From NCBI GenBank assembly GCA_964016885.1, contig OZ024740.1:241924001-241988000 (forward strand): 64,000 nt of DNA, given 5' to 3'. The notes beneath the pieces were generated by a model. The model saw nothing but the letters and a program-made list of their open reading frames with translations, did no database searches and was not told where the DNA came from. Source of the DNA: Eledone cirrhosa. Taxonomy: Eukaryota. Of this stretch, positions 1-12,620 are shown piece after piece. The translations under genes and the position numbers were made by a program. Numbering within the stretch: position 1 is the stretch's first letter; the number at the start of each line of letters is the position of its first letter.

Positions 1-1164
1 TTTGGTCCGCTTGGATCAGGAGCTCCATCCCAGATCCGGACCAGTTCTCCTGCTTTTCTTTTGCTATTGCTATTATCTTTGTGTTGGCTTCGATGCCGGC
101 GAGGACGGCCGCTATTAGCCAGGGAATTTCGATGGCCGGTGGAACGTGGGTCACCCTGATCTTTACGAGTCTCTGGCCACAATAGCTTGGGACGAGTGTG
201 AAGTCGTCACTTCTTAATGGGGCCATGGAGTGTTCTCTAGCCTCCTCTGGTGTTTCAAAGAACACGTCCACGGTTCCATACTTTTGCCCACGTCTGATGT
301 GGGTTTTTCTTGCCCACACATGTCCCAAAGCTTTTTGGATTTGGGATTCGGATGCCCTATTCCACTCGGCGCGATTTTACATTGATTGTTCGATACGACA
401 CGGTGCATAGGCGCGGATGCTCCATTTTATTAGGTGGAGGGATGAGGCTGACCCTGTACCCATCTTTCTTTACCATTTTTTGGCCTTTTCTAAATCCTCC
501 TGAGTTACCGTAAATGCTTCGAACTGTTTTGCTACTCTGGCAAAACTCAGGGTGGTTTTTTTAATGTCATTGTTGTTGTTGCTATCGTTATTTTTGTTAT
601 TATTAATTTTAGTTTCAGTTGTGGTGGTGGTGACGTCAGTGAAGATCGGTTTCGGAGAGTCCATTTTGTTTGAAAATATTTCGACATCACGAGTTGATTT
701 ATTTTTTCCTTTTGTTTCTGTTGTCGCGGTGGTGGTGGGGGTGGGGGTTGTCGCGGTGGTGGTGGTTGTGGCGGCTTTAACACCTGCAGTCATTGGTAAT
801 GGCGGGAAATAAATGTCTGCCTGAGACAAATTTAAAATATTGCTAGTGCTTAAATTGTTTGTGTTGGAAGACGTATAATCATTTACAATGGTGGTGTCGG
901 TTAATTTGTGAGAAAGGCTTTCAGCTGCTTGTTGTGCAGTGGTGAAGAAGCCATTTTATTTTCAAAGAAATTTTTTGATAATCATAAAAGTTTAAATTTT
1001 GGGCACAAGGCCCCAATCTTTTTGTGTGTCCTTTTCGGAAAACAATGTATGTGCGCTTATATATAGTTAACAATAAAAATTTTCCATAAATGGCAATTTT
1101 TAACAAACAGAAATAACAAACCTTTGTGGAGCTCACGATGATACGATTTACTGCGTAGGTCGCC
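1..1164 (-). mobile_element. L1-Tx1-like non-LTR retrotransposon, 5' UTR and frameshifted ORF1 (runs off the left window edge)
   Basis: Minus-strand frames give a low-complexity Thr/Asn N-terminus, then ...RRGQKYGTVDVFFETPEEAREHSMAPLRSDDFTLVPSYCGQRLVKIRVTHVPPAIEIPWL..., which resembles Tx1-type ORF1. The 5' end abuts (AAT)n at 1165. Confidence 0.65.

Positions 1165-1218
<54 letters not shown>
1165..1218. repeat. (AAT)n microsatellite
   Basis: Perfect AAT run of about 18 units directly upstream of the R4/Dong fragment. Confidence 0.98.
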
Positions 1219-1895
1219 TTCCGAAGTCCCATTTACTGCTGAAATGGAAAACACAGAAAAAGCAAAGCAGGTAAAAGTAACTGCAAAGAAAGAACTGCTA
1301 CAGAAACTGGCTAAGAAATGGCAAGAAAAGCCTCTGTATGGAAAATACCCAGAAAGAGCTAACAATCCTGATGTTGACAAAACTTTAACCCATCAGTGGT
1401 TGGCATCCTCTGGACTGAAATCGGAGACTGAAGGACTGATTATATCAGCACAAGGTAAGTGTCTGCCAACAAAAGTTTACCTAGCCAACATAATAAAAAA
1501 TGGATGCAACCCATTATGCCGTGTATGTAGAAAACAACCAGAGATCATTGATCATATAATTTCAATGTGCAGTCCTATAGCTCCAACCGAATACCTAAAA
1601 AGGCATGACAGAGCTGCACAATACATACATTGGATAATGTGTAAGCATTTTGACCTGCCCCATCAAAAGAATTGATGGGAGTATCAACCACCTCCCATAC
1701 TTGAAAAAGATCACATCTCAATCTTGTGGAACTTTAGCATCCAAACAGACCGAAAAATAGATGCAAATAGACCTGATATAATACTGAAGGACTTTTAAAA
1801 GAGGGTATGCCTGCTTATTCATATGTCCGTTCCAATAGAATATATCTATAAAAACATTTGAAAAATTGAGCAAGTATAAGGACCTGGAGATAGAA
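1219..1895 (+). mobile_element. R4/Dong-clade non-LTR retrotransposon 3' fragment (CCHC zinc knuckle plus restriction-like endonuclease), pseudogenised
   Basis: LKSETEGLIISAQ...CRVC...DHIISMC...EYLKRHD...ILWNFSIQTDRKIDANRPDIIL...KLSKYKDLEIE, with in-frame stops. These are RLE motifs (CCHC, RHD, RPD, KY). Confidence 0.9.
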
Positions 1896-3545
1896 CGTCG
1901 TCACTCTTCCCCTCCACTAGTCCTCTATAGAACGCCGAGGTGGATGTTCCACCGATGCTAGTGCCCAGCTGGTAGAAGGCACGTTGAGACATTTCACTTT
2001 CCAAGCGCTATCTCTCCGTCTTTTCCTGATTCAGGACTGCAGCTCCGTTAATGAGACGAGCTGGGGAAAAACACGTCTGGCAAACAGTGACCACACCTGT
2101 TCACCGTCAAGGAAGCACCAGAGATGTCGCAGTCTCAGCCACGGCATGCCCAGCCCTCCACGCAACGAGTGTTGACAGCAGATGGATCGTCTGACCATGG
2201 GAGCACGTCCCTTCCATATAAAGCGGAAGTGGAGGCGCTTCATTTTTGTCATAGTTGGGTCGGCCCATTTCTGGGTGAGAGAGGCCAATGTTTCTCCATC
2301 TGGAGGTCCGGTCCGAACCAGACCTCGAGCAATTTAACCGGTCCTTCCGTCCAGCGGCCCACGGCGATGTCGGGCGGCATGGACCTGCCTCTCCAGGTGC
2401 AGAGCTGCAAGCCCACCGACTTTTCCTGGTTTAACTTTGCTCCTGTCACGCTTCATATATCTTCAGAGCGGTGCCGAGCATCTGGATGTGTCCGCCGCTT
2501 GACACCACCACGGTATTGTCGTCGGCGTAAACCGATATGGATCTCCCACATCCCAGTTCACGTGGGACGTCTCTCATCGCTTCCAATTTGTGTAGTAACG
2601 GCTCTAGGGCCAATACGTACAAGAGTGACGAGAGGGGACAACCTTGACGGACCGAGCGCATGATGCTGAACGGTTGTGACAGATGACCGTTTACCTTCAC
2701 AACTGAGCAGATGTCGCTGTGCATCGCAGCGATCCAACCCCTGAAAATGGTCCCGAAACCAGCCGCCTCGAGGACCGCCGCCAGGTACCGATGGTCGCCG
2801 CTATCAAATGCCTTAGATTGATCTAAGTTGATCAGGGCCTCACCTGTGCCAGGTTCCTTAACCACCCTCTCTATGATGTATAGCATGAGGTGGAGGTTGT
2901 CGTGGATGGATCTGTCATGAATAACGCATGTCTGCGCCTCTCCTACCAGATTACCGACGACAAGTGCCAATCTCGTTGCTAACCCCTTGGCCAAAATCTT
3001 AAAATCTGTGTTTAACAGAGTTATGGACCTGAAATTGTCTATAACGTCCCCTTTGTTCGGTCTTTTCTCAACAGCGCCACCGCTCCTTGGCTCACAAAAC
3101 TGGGAATGCTCCCGTTCTGCTGCCAGTTGCAGTAGACGTCTGCCAAGAGGTCGTCGAACAAGTCTGGCATCTATGCGTAAAGCTCGTAGGGCAGACCATC
3201 CAAACTTGGCAATTTACTCCTCGGGCAGTCAGACATCGCGTCCCGTATTTCACCTGCTGTTATCGGCTTTTCGCAATATTGCACTGCTGTCGTCGAGAGC
3301 TGCGGCAGTCCAATGAGGTATGCACTGAAGTTCATACTCCGATCAGGCCCGCCGCGCTCCCAAACAGTTGAGCAAAGTGCTGCTGAAAAGCCTCTCACAT
3401 CTGCTCGGGTTCGAGTAACATGTGCCCGTTTTGGTCAGGCAAGGTTTGAATTCTGACTTTGTTACCACGTCACGCCTCCACCATTGTCCCCTCTTGTCTC
3501 AGAGCACGCGCTCTAGCTCTGACAACGCAGCCTTCGTGCTTGCAT
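1896..3545 (-). mobile_element. L1-Tx1 ORF2 fragment (reverse transcriptase), frameshifted
   Basis: KLPSLDGLPYELY; LINLDQSKAFD; SVRQGCPLS; VYADD; HSLRGGLGMP across ORFs 3171-3398, 2446-2994 and 2031-2288. Confidence 0.92.
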
Positions 3546-3560
3546 TGAAGAATTGGTACA

Positions 3561-4438
3561 CCGTACAGTGTTTAGGCAACCACGTCACCTTTTTATTCAC
3601 AACTGACACAGGAACGATGCACTAGTTTCAAGCTTATTAGCTATCGTCAGCATCGTATACCTTCCTACCAGATGGTTGAACGTCTGAAAGTATATACCTT
3701 CCTTATGCATATTAAAGGCTGAGCAGCCTAATTTGCATATCGAGGTGACGTGGTGGCCTAAACACTGTACTGCGTAATTCGGGCTGTTTGTTTAAACCGA
3801 GCATTATAATAAATGTTCGGTAAACCGATACGTGCATATATATATGTGTGCATGTATGTATATATAGGCATACTACTGTACGTCTGTATACATATATGTA
3901 TGTACGTATACATACATATATACTTACATTTAAGTAAGTGCCGTACTAAGAGTGAGAAATGAAACTTCGTTTCATTCTATTCCATTTATCGTTTTCGGTG
4001 TGCCCGGCCGACTAAACTCACTCGATATGCAAATTAGGCTGCTCAGCCGTTAATATGCATAAGGAAAGTATATATTTTCAGACGTTCAACCATCTGGCAG
4101 GAAGGTATACGATGCTGACGATAGCTAATAAGCTTGAAACTAGTACATCGTTCCTGTGCCAGTGATGAACAAAAATGTGACGTGGTTGCCTAAACACTGT
4201 ACGGCGTAATTCGGACTGTTTGTTTGTTTACAAACAAACAAACCGAGCATTTATTAAATGTTCGGTAAACCGATACGTGCATATATATATATATATGTGT
4301 TCATGTATGTATATATATATACATACTACTGTACGTCTGTATACATATATGTATGTACGTATACATACATACTTACATTTAAGTAAGTGCCGTACTAAGA
4401 GTGAGAAATGAAATTTCGTTTCATTCTATTCCATTTAT
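3561..4438 (+). mobile_element. Non-coding hammerhead-bearing element: inverted arm (3561-3744) plus about 1.6 tandem copies of a ~432-bp unit, ending in (TA)n
   Basis: 3561-3744 is the reverse complement of 4021-4204; 3745-3989 repeats directly at 4177-4438; another copy lies at 50367-50748. Confidence 0.85.
4110..4150 (+). ncRNA. Minimal type-I hammerhead ribozyme motif
   Basis: CGATG-CTGACGA-T-AGCT(AATA)AGCT-T-GAA-ACTAGT-A-CATCG: 5-bp stem I, 4-bp stem II, palindromic stem III ACTAGT, GUA triplet. Confidence 0.85.
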
Positions 4439-4456
4439 ATATATATATATATATAT

Positions 4457-4692
4457 CTTTCACCGTATTTTTGACTAAAGAAATTTGAGTCTGATAATGG
4501 GGTTTAGAACCCTAAGATAAATGGAAAAAGATGAGTATTGACGTACATGGGAGTACGTCAATACTCATCTTTTTCCATTTATATGAGGTTTCTAAACCCC
4601 ATTATCAGACTCAAATTTCTTTAGTCAAAAATACGGTGAAAGCTATTCTATTTTCTAATTTCAAACCTGCTCACTGTTTCAAAACATACTTA

Positions 4693-4696
<4 letters not shown>
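4457..4696. mobile_element. Fold-back insert in (TA)n (putative PLE pseudo-LTR remnant)
   Basis: ~90-bp inverted arms 4457-4546 and 4553-4642 with a ~55-bp tail on the right arm only; (TA)n on both sides. Confidence 0.75.
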
Positions 4697-4742
<46 letters not shown>

Positions 4743-4746
<4 letters not shown>

Positions 4747-5229
4747 AAGGAAAAGCGAAGTAGTTTCAGATGTTCAAGTCGTTTAATAATGATGCTGTGA
4801 TATATATTTCAATGACTGGCCACACTGTTCTGTGTGCGTGTGTCGTAACATCATCAGACAGCTTGTTACATAATAAGGTTATATTTCCGAGGCAATCCAA
4901 ATTGAATCGACATGGGAACGGACGAAGTGTGTGCTTTTGGGTTCTTCATCCGTTCCCCTGTGATTACCAATTCACCCCCACCGGTCTGCGCAGGATTGCC
5001 TCGGAAACATAACCTTATTATGTAACAAGCTGTCTGATGATGTCACGACACTCGCACACAGAACAGTGTGGCCAGTGTCGTCATTGAAATATATATCACA
5101 GCATTATTATTAAAGGACTTGAACATCTGAAACTACTTCGCTTTTCCTTATTCGATATTTACTCCGTCACTCCTATGTGGAATAAGTACGTTGAGTGCTT
5201 GAAGTGAATTGCATCAATATTTACCTTAA

Positions 5230-5231
<2 letters not shown>
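4743..5231. mobile_element. Fold-back insert in (TA)n, family shared with 43205-43731
   Basis: Inverted arms 4743-4898 and 4994-5153; tail to 5231; CTGATGA...GAAAC core with a long intervening segment at 5034-5134. Confidence 0.8.
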
Positions 5232-5290
<59 letters not shown>

Positions 5291-5294
<4 letters not shown>

Positions 5295-5568
5295 GTCTAA
5301 AGACATTTAAGGTTCGTTAGACCGGTGCTTATCTGGGTTTCATAGCCTGAAGCGACTGAGAGTACAAGATTCTCCCCTGGACAGGACACCAGTCCATCGC
5401 AGGGTTAAATACCAGCTATTGCTGGAACTCATTTTCAGCTGAGTATATTGGAGCAACGTGAAATGAAATATTTTTCTCAAGAACATTACACGCAACCCAG
5501 CGCAGGAGTCGAACCCATAACATTATGATCGTACGTCCAACACCATTACCACTAGTTCACGCGCTTCC
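5291..5568 (-). mobile_element. tRNA-derived SINE (second family, central 'cacgttgctcca...cagctg' domain)
   Basis: Minus strand starts gaagcgcgtgaactagtggtaa (A-box-like) and contains gggttcgactcc (B box). Confidence 0.75.
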
Positions 5569-5700
<132 letters not shown>

Positions 5701-5708
5701 ATATTGAG

Positions 5709-5800
5709 GCATATTTGAGGATCTTTCGATTCCAGAGTCAGGTTCTATCAATAATAGATTGTTCCTCGAACTGATCGACAGTGAAACACATGTAATATGT
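5709..5800 (+). ncRNA. Degenerate hammerhead motif with long stem II
   Basis: GCATAT-tTGAGGA-...tcgat/atcga...-GAAAC-ACAT-GTA-ATATGT; C3 is mutated to T; followed by a short tail and (TA)n. Confidence 0.55.
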
Positions 5801-5849
5801 TATTAAATATACTATGATGCAATATTGATTTTTGTTCCTTTATTCTTAT

Positions 5850-5886
<37 letters not shown>

Positions 5887-6550
5887 TAGATTGAGGAGAA
5901 TTTAAATGACATTGTGAGACCACGCAGAGGCTTCCGCGTGGCTGCTTGCTTTTATTATAAGAGACTATTAATTTAAGATAGAGTAAAATATTGTTCAGTC
6001 TTCTTACTCCTACTCAAATTCTTTGCCTCATCATCAACAGCACCAATACTCATCAATCATCACTGCCAACTCTCAAGTATCTTTATTCCTAACATAAGCT
6101 TGTTTTACTGTATCACGAACTACTTTTCTTTACAAGTCCCAAGCCTTAGCATAAAGAGTATATTTATAACTATGGATTGGTGTGTATATGTATGTGAGAG
6201 TGTGGGTTGAGGGGGCATGTATTGCTTTAAGGTTGGAGCAAGTTTGTCCGTGCTGTGTCTATGAATTCTATCTGTCTATATATGTATAATAAAACGCTTA
6301 TTTGATTAAATGAGTGCCGAAATATACCCGTTTCTTCCTCGAATGTTACCGAGAAACAGTAAAATTGGTGTATGAAACTGAAACTCCGTTTGTACACTAA
6401 GTATTCTGTTTAATATAATTGAAAAAATAAATTGCATATTGAGCGATCTATCTCTATTTAATCTGCTTGACCAGAGTAAATATATTTCCTCCTAAGCGTG
6501 ATCCTAACGAGACTTTGTGTTTGACATCCCCGTGTTTGTGTTATTTCTTC

Positions 6551-6597
<47 letters not shown>

Positions 6598-6977
6598 TAT
6601 ATACATAAACGCACACTCATATGCAATTACACACGCACACAAACACACGCGCACGCGCACAAGTACACACGCACATACTCACCGACATACAAGCACATAA
6701 ACTATGAAATATCGGTTTATTTGCCTATACGTGTATTTTTCATATACACCCTTACAGCACTATCCATCTATTTAATTGTGTGTATATATTAGCATTATGA
6801 ACCAGGCTATGTAAGAGCTACTGTTAATTAGCTGCTGTTAATTAACAGTCATATTCGCTCTATATGCAAATAAACATCACCAGCCGATGTTTCATATGCA
6901 AAAGCCGAATATGCTTTAATGTATTCTCGTCTCAGTACTGAGGGAGTAAATGTTACCGGCGAAGGTGTTTTTCTATG

Positions 6978-7148
6978 ATTCGTCAAAGTGACATTATTGA
7001 AAAAATGAGAGAAACAATTCTTTAAAAAAAAAGAGTTTTATGATGTATACAAAAAATATACTTTATATATTTTATATACATTATAAAATTCCTTTTTTTT
7101 TAAAGAATTAGTCCTCTCATTTTTTCCATAATGTCACTTTGACGAATC
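6978..7148. repeat. Diverged AT-rich fold-back palindrome
   Basis: gattcgtcaaagtgacattat... / ...ataatgtcactttgacgaatc arms; the right-hand tail runs into (TA)n. Confidence 0.75.
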
Positions 7149-7286
7149 AAAGAAGAAAGAAAAGAAAAACAGATCCTCAAATATATTTTCCGTGCTATTT
7201 CCAATTCCACCCTTTCTCTATAACACCTGTTTTGTATATAACCTTAATCCCTTTAAAAAAAAAATGTATATATATATATATACATT

Positions 7287-7370
<84 letters not shown>

Positions 7371-7383
7371 ATATATATAAATA

Positions 7384-8438
7384 GAGGGTTCGGAATTCTA
7401 TTTCAAAGAAGGACAACGTTTTATAGTAAAACATAATTTCACATGCGCATCAGAAAATCTAATATATGTATTAACTTGCTCAGGTTGTCGAGAACAATAC
7501 ATAGGGCAGACCAAAATCAGCCTCCGTCAACGCATGACTGTCCATAGATCCCAAATTAAAATACGGGAATACAGGAAAATACCACTGAGTGAACACATTG
7601 ATACCTGTGCCGCCCAAAATCATCCCAACTTCAGAATCTTTCCCTCTACAAATTTAAAGATAATGCCACCCACACCCAGCACATCAGCAAAGAATCTCAC
7701 TTTATTAACAAATACGGACCCCGTCTAAACACTTCTCCCTAAGACGAACCCATATCATACACACGTCAACATACATACCTACATCAGCATATATCTCTAT
7801 TCACATATAAACACAATGACATACGTAAACACACATGTTCTATGGTACAACATAAATATAAACAAATTTGCATACCTTTTGATGTCTATAGATATAAACG
7901 TGCCGACACACACACATACATAAACGCACACATGCATTGCACACTGATGGGCACATACATATTTGTACACAAGTATTCCAATACGGCAAGTCTTAATGGA
8001 TTCCCCTTGCAGTACGTACAATCTGGACACTCACACACACTTTGGTATTATGCCAATACTATATATCATTTCACACCTTTTATTATTAAGGTTTTTGATG
8101 TTCTATTTAGAGAATCGTTTTTACTGAAAATATCGAATAATGTACACTATTTTTACCAGTATCACAAAAATACTGGTCCACCCCCCCTACACACACACAC
8201 ACATTCTCACACACACACACACATATATATACACACACACACACACATATATACACACACACATACACACGCGTACATTAACATACAAATAGACATATAC
8301 ACACACACACACACACTTCTCCGTATAAGACAAGAGCTGAAAAATATCTTTTAACATGTTCAAATATCCCCCACCAACCTACAGACACATTCCTACTGAC
8401 CATCCCTCTACCACGAATTACTCTGCTACACACACACA

Positions 8439-8494
<56 letters not shown>

Positions 8495-9004
8495 TCTTAA
8501 TAGGCATTTGAACTGTCAACAGGCTGCGGTTCGCACACACATCCCTGCTGACCATTATCACAACAACGAACCTCTTTACTACTACTACTACACACATATT
8601 TGTTTTGAAAGACTTATTTTTCAGTGACTTCTCAATCAGCCGACACAAACCTACATTTGGCGCAAAATCAATTTTTAACATTCACATGACCTCTACCGAC
8701 CAATCAAAATTGTTTTGACCACAAGAATTTTTGCAACACGAATTGGCGCGAAACTTATTTTAATACATCTGGAGCCACTTTTTTCACATAAAACAGGTAG
8801 AATTTCCAAAACTAATCAGATTAGAGCAAACATCGCGGGCGCTTTATCTCAAAATTATTTTGAAAAGCATTAGAAATGCGCAACCGGTAAAACTTAAAAC
8901 CAAAACTGAATACTAACCAATACTATTACTAATTTTTACTTATTCCTAATTAAACTATTTTTCACTGGGAACAATTTGTCAGCATTTTCTTTTCCGTTTA
9001 CCAA
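7384..9004 (+). mobile_element. Penelope-like element 3' fragment (GIY-YIG endonuclease, CA-rich 3' region, decayed hammerhead), Neptune-like
   Basis: HNFTCASENLIYVLTCSGCREQYIGQTKISLRQRMTVHRSQIK...LSEHIDTC; decayed HHR tTGAAAA-gcat(tagaa)atgc-GcAACCGGTA near 8860-8890; terminal 70 bp recur at 45247-45313; (TA)n on both flanks. Confidence 0.8.
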
Positions 9005-9284
9005 TATATATATATATGTATATATATATATTGGAAAATGTTTGAGATCCTTGGTACACTTAGGTATATTTGAAACAAAATTATAAAATTATTAAATTGT
9101 AAAATAATTGTTTCTACTTTTGGCTCAAGACCAGCAATTATTCCAGTGTATTACTGGTACTTTATTTTATCGACCCCGTAAGGATAAAAGCAAAGTTAAA
9201 TTGTAAAATAATAAAATTAAATTGTTATAGAATACCAACCACAAGCGAAGTTATTCTTTTTCTTTTTTTCCAAACACACACACA

Positions 9285-9330
<46 letters not shown>

Positions 9331-9331
<1 letters not shown>

Positions 9332-9456
9332 GATGATTTCTAATGAATGAAACAGTTCTAGTCCTGTAGAATCTCTTCTATATTAAAACTGTTATACTCT
9401 GCTATGTATTGAGTACCTTACTTACTGTGGTTACCTCCGATTCAACCCGGAATAAC

Positions 9457-9458
<2 letters not shown>
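9331..9458 (+). mobile_element. Short HHR-family insert in (TA)n (family X)
   Basis: Homologous to 22797-22934, 22997-23134, 23696-23963 and 62223-62419. Confidence 0.8.
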
Positions 9459-9524
<66 letters not shown>

Positions 9525-9590
9525 TGTATATATATATATATATATATATATACTGTATATGTATATATATATATATATATATGTATATAC

Positions 9591-9622
<32 letters not shown>

Positions 9623-9641
9623 GTGTATATATATATAAATA

Positions 9642-9793
9642 TGTGTCAATAATTGTCACAAGTGTAGTGTTTGTACCAGAGTTTTCAAGTCGCTGGCTGG
9701 ACTAAAAAGTCACACTCGTTCAGCGCATCGGTAGGAGTTCTCCTACATGGATGTAAAGTAGTGGCCGTACTCGAAAGCGAGTTGGCAGCCACC
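9642..9793 (+). mobile_element. 5'-truncated RTE-derived non-autonomous element (3' end)
   Basis: Encodes [27 protein letters not shown]; near-identical to 60010-60162 and to the reverse complement of 27358-27510. Confidence 0.8.
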
Positions 9794-10025
9794 ATATATA
9801 AATATATATATATATGTATATTAAAGAAAGGGTGCCTATACAGCAGTAGGGAATTAACCAACTAGTATTTGCTAACTAAAACTACAGAATTTCTACTTGC
9901 TACTTAGTGTGTACGCGCGCGTGTGCACATGAAAATGGCTCCGAATTTTATCTAGTTGAATGGAGATAGAAAGTGAACCAAGTAATAGGTTGTTGAACTT
10001 CAAGGAAAAGAGAGATAGATAGAGC

Positions 10026-10061
<36 letters not shown>

Positions 10062-10289
10062 GAGGGGGAGGGACAGAGAGAGAGAGGGGTGGTGGGGAGA
10101 TGGTAAGAAAGTAATGGTAATAGAAAAGCGAAGTAACATGGAAGGGGAAAAGATGGAGTATGTACCATTTTCTTTTATCACACAGAGATAAAGCGATTGG
10201 TGTGTGTTTCATTTGGCCTAACACCAAAATTGTTATTTGATCCATTCACAAACAACCTTATTTTCATTATAATTATTATATACATTATT

Positions 10290-11810
10290 AGGGTGGTTGA
10301 TTGGCAGAATCGGTAGAGCGTCAGATACCATGCTTTACAGCATAGAGTTACGATCCTTTACGGTCTGAGTTCAACTTTACGGGTTTGATTAAATTATGTA
10401 CCAGTAACGAACTGCATCGATTTAATTGTTGACCTTGTGCCTAAATCAGAAAGCATTATTAAGGTCGGTGGGTTGGCAGAATCGGTAGAGCGTCGGACAA
10501 CATGCTTTGGATCAAAGTGTTATGGCCCTTTAGGTGCTGGGTTCAAATCCCGCTGAGGCTAGCTTTGCCTTTCATCCTTACGGGGTCGATAAAATAAAGT
10601 ACCAGTAATGTACTGGAATAATTGCTGGACTTGTGCCAAAAGTAGAAACAATTATTATTGTTGTTGTTGTTGTTACAATTCTTATTACTACTTGTTGATA
10701 TACTACTATTGTTGCTGCTGCTGTTACCACCACCACTATATGCACCTCCACTACTACTACTACTATATAATAATTGTTTCTACTTTAGGCACAAGGCCAG
10801 CAATTACCCAGTGCATTACTGGTACTTTATTTTATCGACCCCGTAAGGATGAAAGGCAAAGTCAACCTCGGCGGGATTTGAACTCAGACCGTAAAGGGAC
10901 GTAACTATGCTGGAAAGCATGGCGTCCGACTCTCTACAGATACTGCCAGATATAATAATGGTTTTTGATTTAGGCACAATGGGAACAATACTGGGAGAGG
11001 GCAAGTCGATTAAATCGATCACAGTTCGTTACTGGTGCTTTATTTTATCGACCATGTAAGGATGGAAGGCAAAGCTAACCGCGGCGGGATTTGAACTCAG
11101 AACGTAAAGGACTATAACTCTATGCTCCGAAACATAGTGTCTTACGTTCAACCAATATTACTAATCTAGGCCTTCATGGGATCTGAGTTAGGCACAAGGC
11201 CAACTATTTTCAGTGGAGGGGAAAGTAGATGAAATCGACCCCAGTTCATTACTGGTACTTTATTTTATCGACCTCGTAAGGATGAAAGGCAAAGCTCACC
11301 TCAGCATGATATGAATTCAGAATATAAAGTGTCTTTGGTTAATGGTTTTGCCAAACCAACGCTCTAACAATAGTTTTACAACAAGGCCAGTAATTTGGGG
11401 GGAGGGGACATTCGATTAAATCAACCCCAGAATGTTACTGGTGCTTTATTTTATCGACCCCGTAAGGATGAAAGGCAAAGTTAACCTCGGCGGGATTTGA
11501 ACTCAGACCGTTAAAGACCGTAACTCTATGCTGCAAAGCTTGGTGTCCGACTGTACCGATACTGCCAAACCACCGTCCTTAAACGGGATTAAATAATAAT
11601 AGTAATAATATTGTTTCTAATATAGGCAAAAGGTCAGACATTATTTTTCCTTTGGTGGGTGGAGTTTAACAGGTGATTATATCAACATCACTGCTTGACT
11701 GATACTTTATTTTATCAACCATGGAAATCTGAACTCGGAGTGTAAAAAACCGGAACAAATACCGCAAGGCATTGCTGACACTCTAACGATTCTGCGAATC
11801 CACAGCCCTT
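10290..11810. mobile_element. Cluster of about 7 copies of the main tRNA-derived SINE (two on +, five on -)
   Basis: Repeated ggattggcagtatcggtagag...gagttcaaatcccgccgaggttaactttgcctttcatccttacggggtcgataaaataaagtaccag...gaaacaattatt, with A and B boxes. Confidence 0.9.
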
Positions 11811-12309
11811 GAACTTGCAGTAGTATTCGTTCCACTGCACACTACTCCCTCTCTATATCTGTATCGCCCTCTACCCTCATACTACATCTCCATCACTCCT
11901 CTCTCTCAGAAAGAGTACATATGACTCACGTGGAGTCCATTTTGAAGTTATTTTTATGCAGGATTTGATTCCTTGAGTTTCATCCGTAAATGATAAAACT
12001 AAGATAAATCACGTGAAATTCAATATTAATTTGGTATGGTTATAAAGTTTATTTTCAAACCTTTTATCGCTTGAATAGTATTTCAGTTGAAGCAAGATTT
12101 TAACCTTCTACATGTAACAGCAAACATTGATTCCGAATTACTTGTAAACTATATAATATCCAGACATATAACTGGCATATAATGACTATAAACAGCTTAT
12201 CAATTAATTTGTTTTACTTGCATAATAATCAGAATTACATCGACTATCTCTGTTACAGAATGCCGTATACAGCTACTTTATCCGTAGGGCAGCATGTGTG
12301 TCCTGTATT

Positions 12310-12620
12310 GGTTCACCGACGGTAGCGACAACGAGTATTCCAGATGTTCAAACAGTAGAACAGCCTGCTCGTAACATGAAAGTGGTTGAAGATTCCAAAG
12401 CCCTGTGCATCCTTAACTTAGGTCTAAAAGAGTTTCAGCATGACATAGAGTGTGACAAGACTAACCCTTGGAATTACAGATACAACTCATTTCCAGTTGA
12501 GTGAAATGAAGCAGCCTGAAATATAATGTATTGATCAGGAACACAACGTGCTGACGGGAATTCAACTCACGACTTTACAATCGTAACTGAAAACCCTTAC
12601 CACTAATCAACGCGCTTTCA
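12310..12620 (-). mobile_element. Old tRNA-derived SINE (second family), degenerate
   Basis: Minus strand gaaagcgcgttgattagtggtaaggg...gtgagttgaattcccg...gttgtgttcctga. Confidence 0.55.

Noticed and set aside
10290-11810. Repeat cluster resembling a CRISPR array or tRNA gene cluster
   Set aside because: Units are ~200-bp SINEs in mixed orientation with no cloverleaf or unique spacers; the context is eukaryotic.
11929-11998. Possible minus-strand exon ending in GTGAGT; a similar candidate lies at ~55259-55339
   Set aside because: Short peptides without recognisable homology; splice-like motifs are expected by chance.
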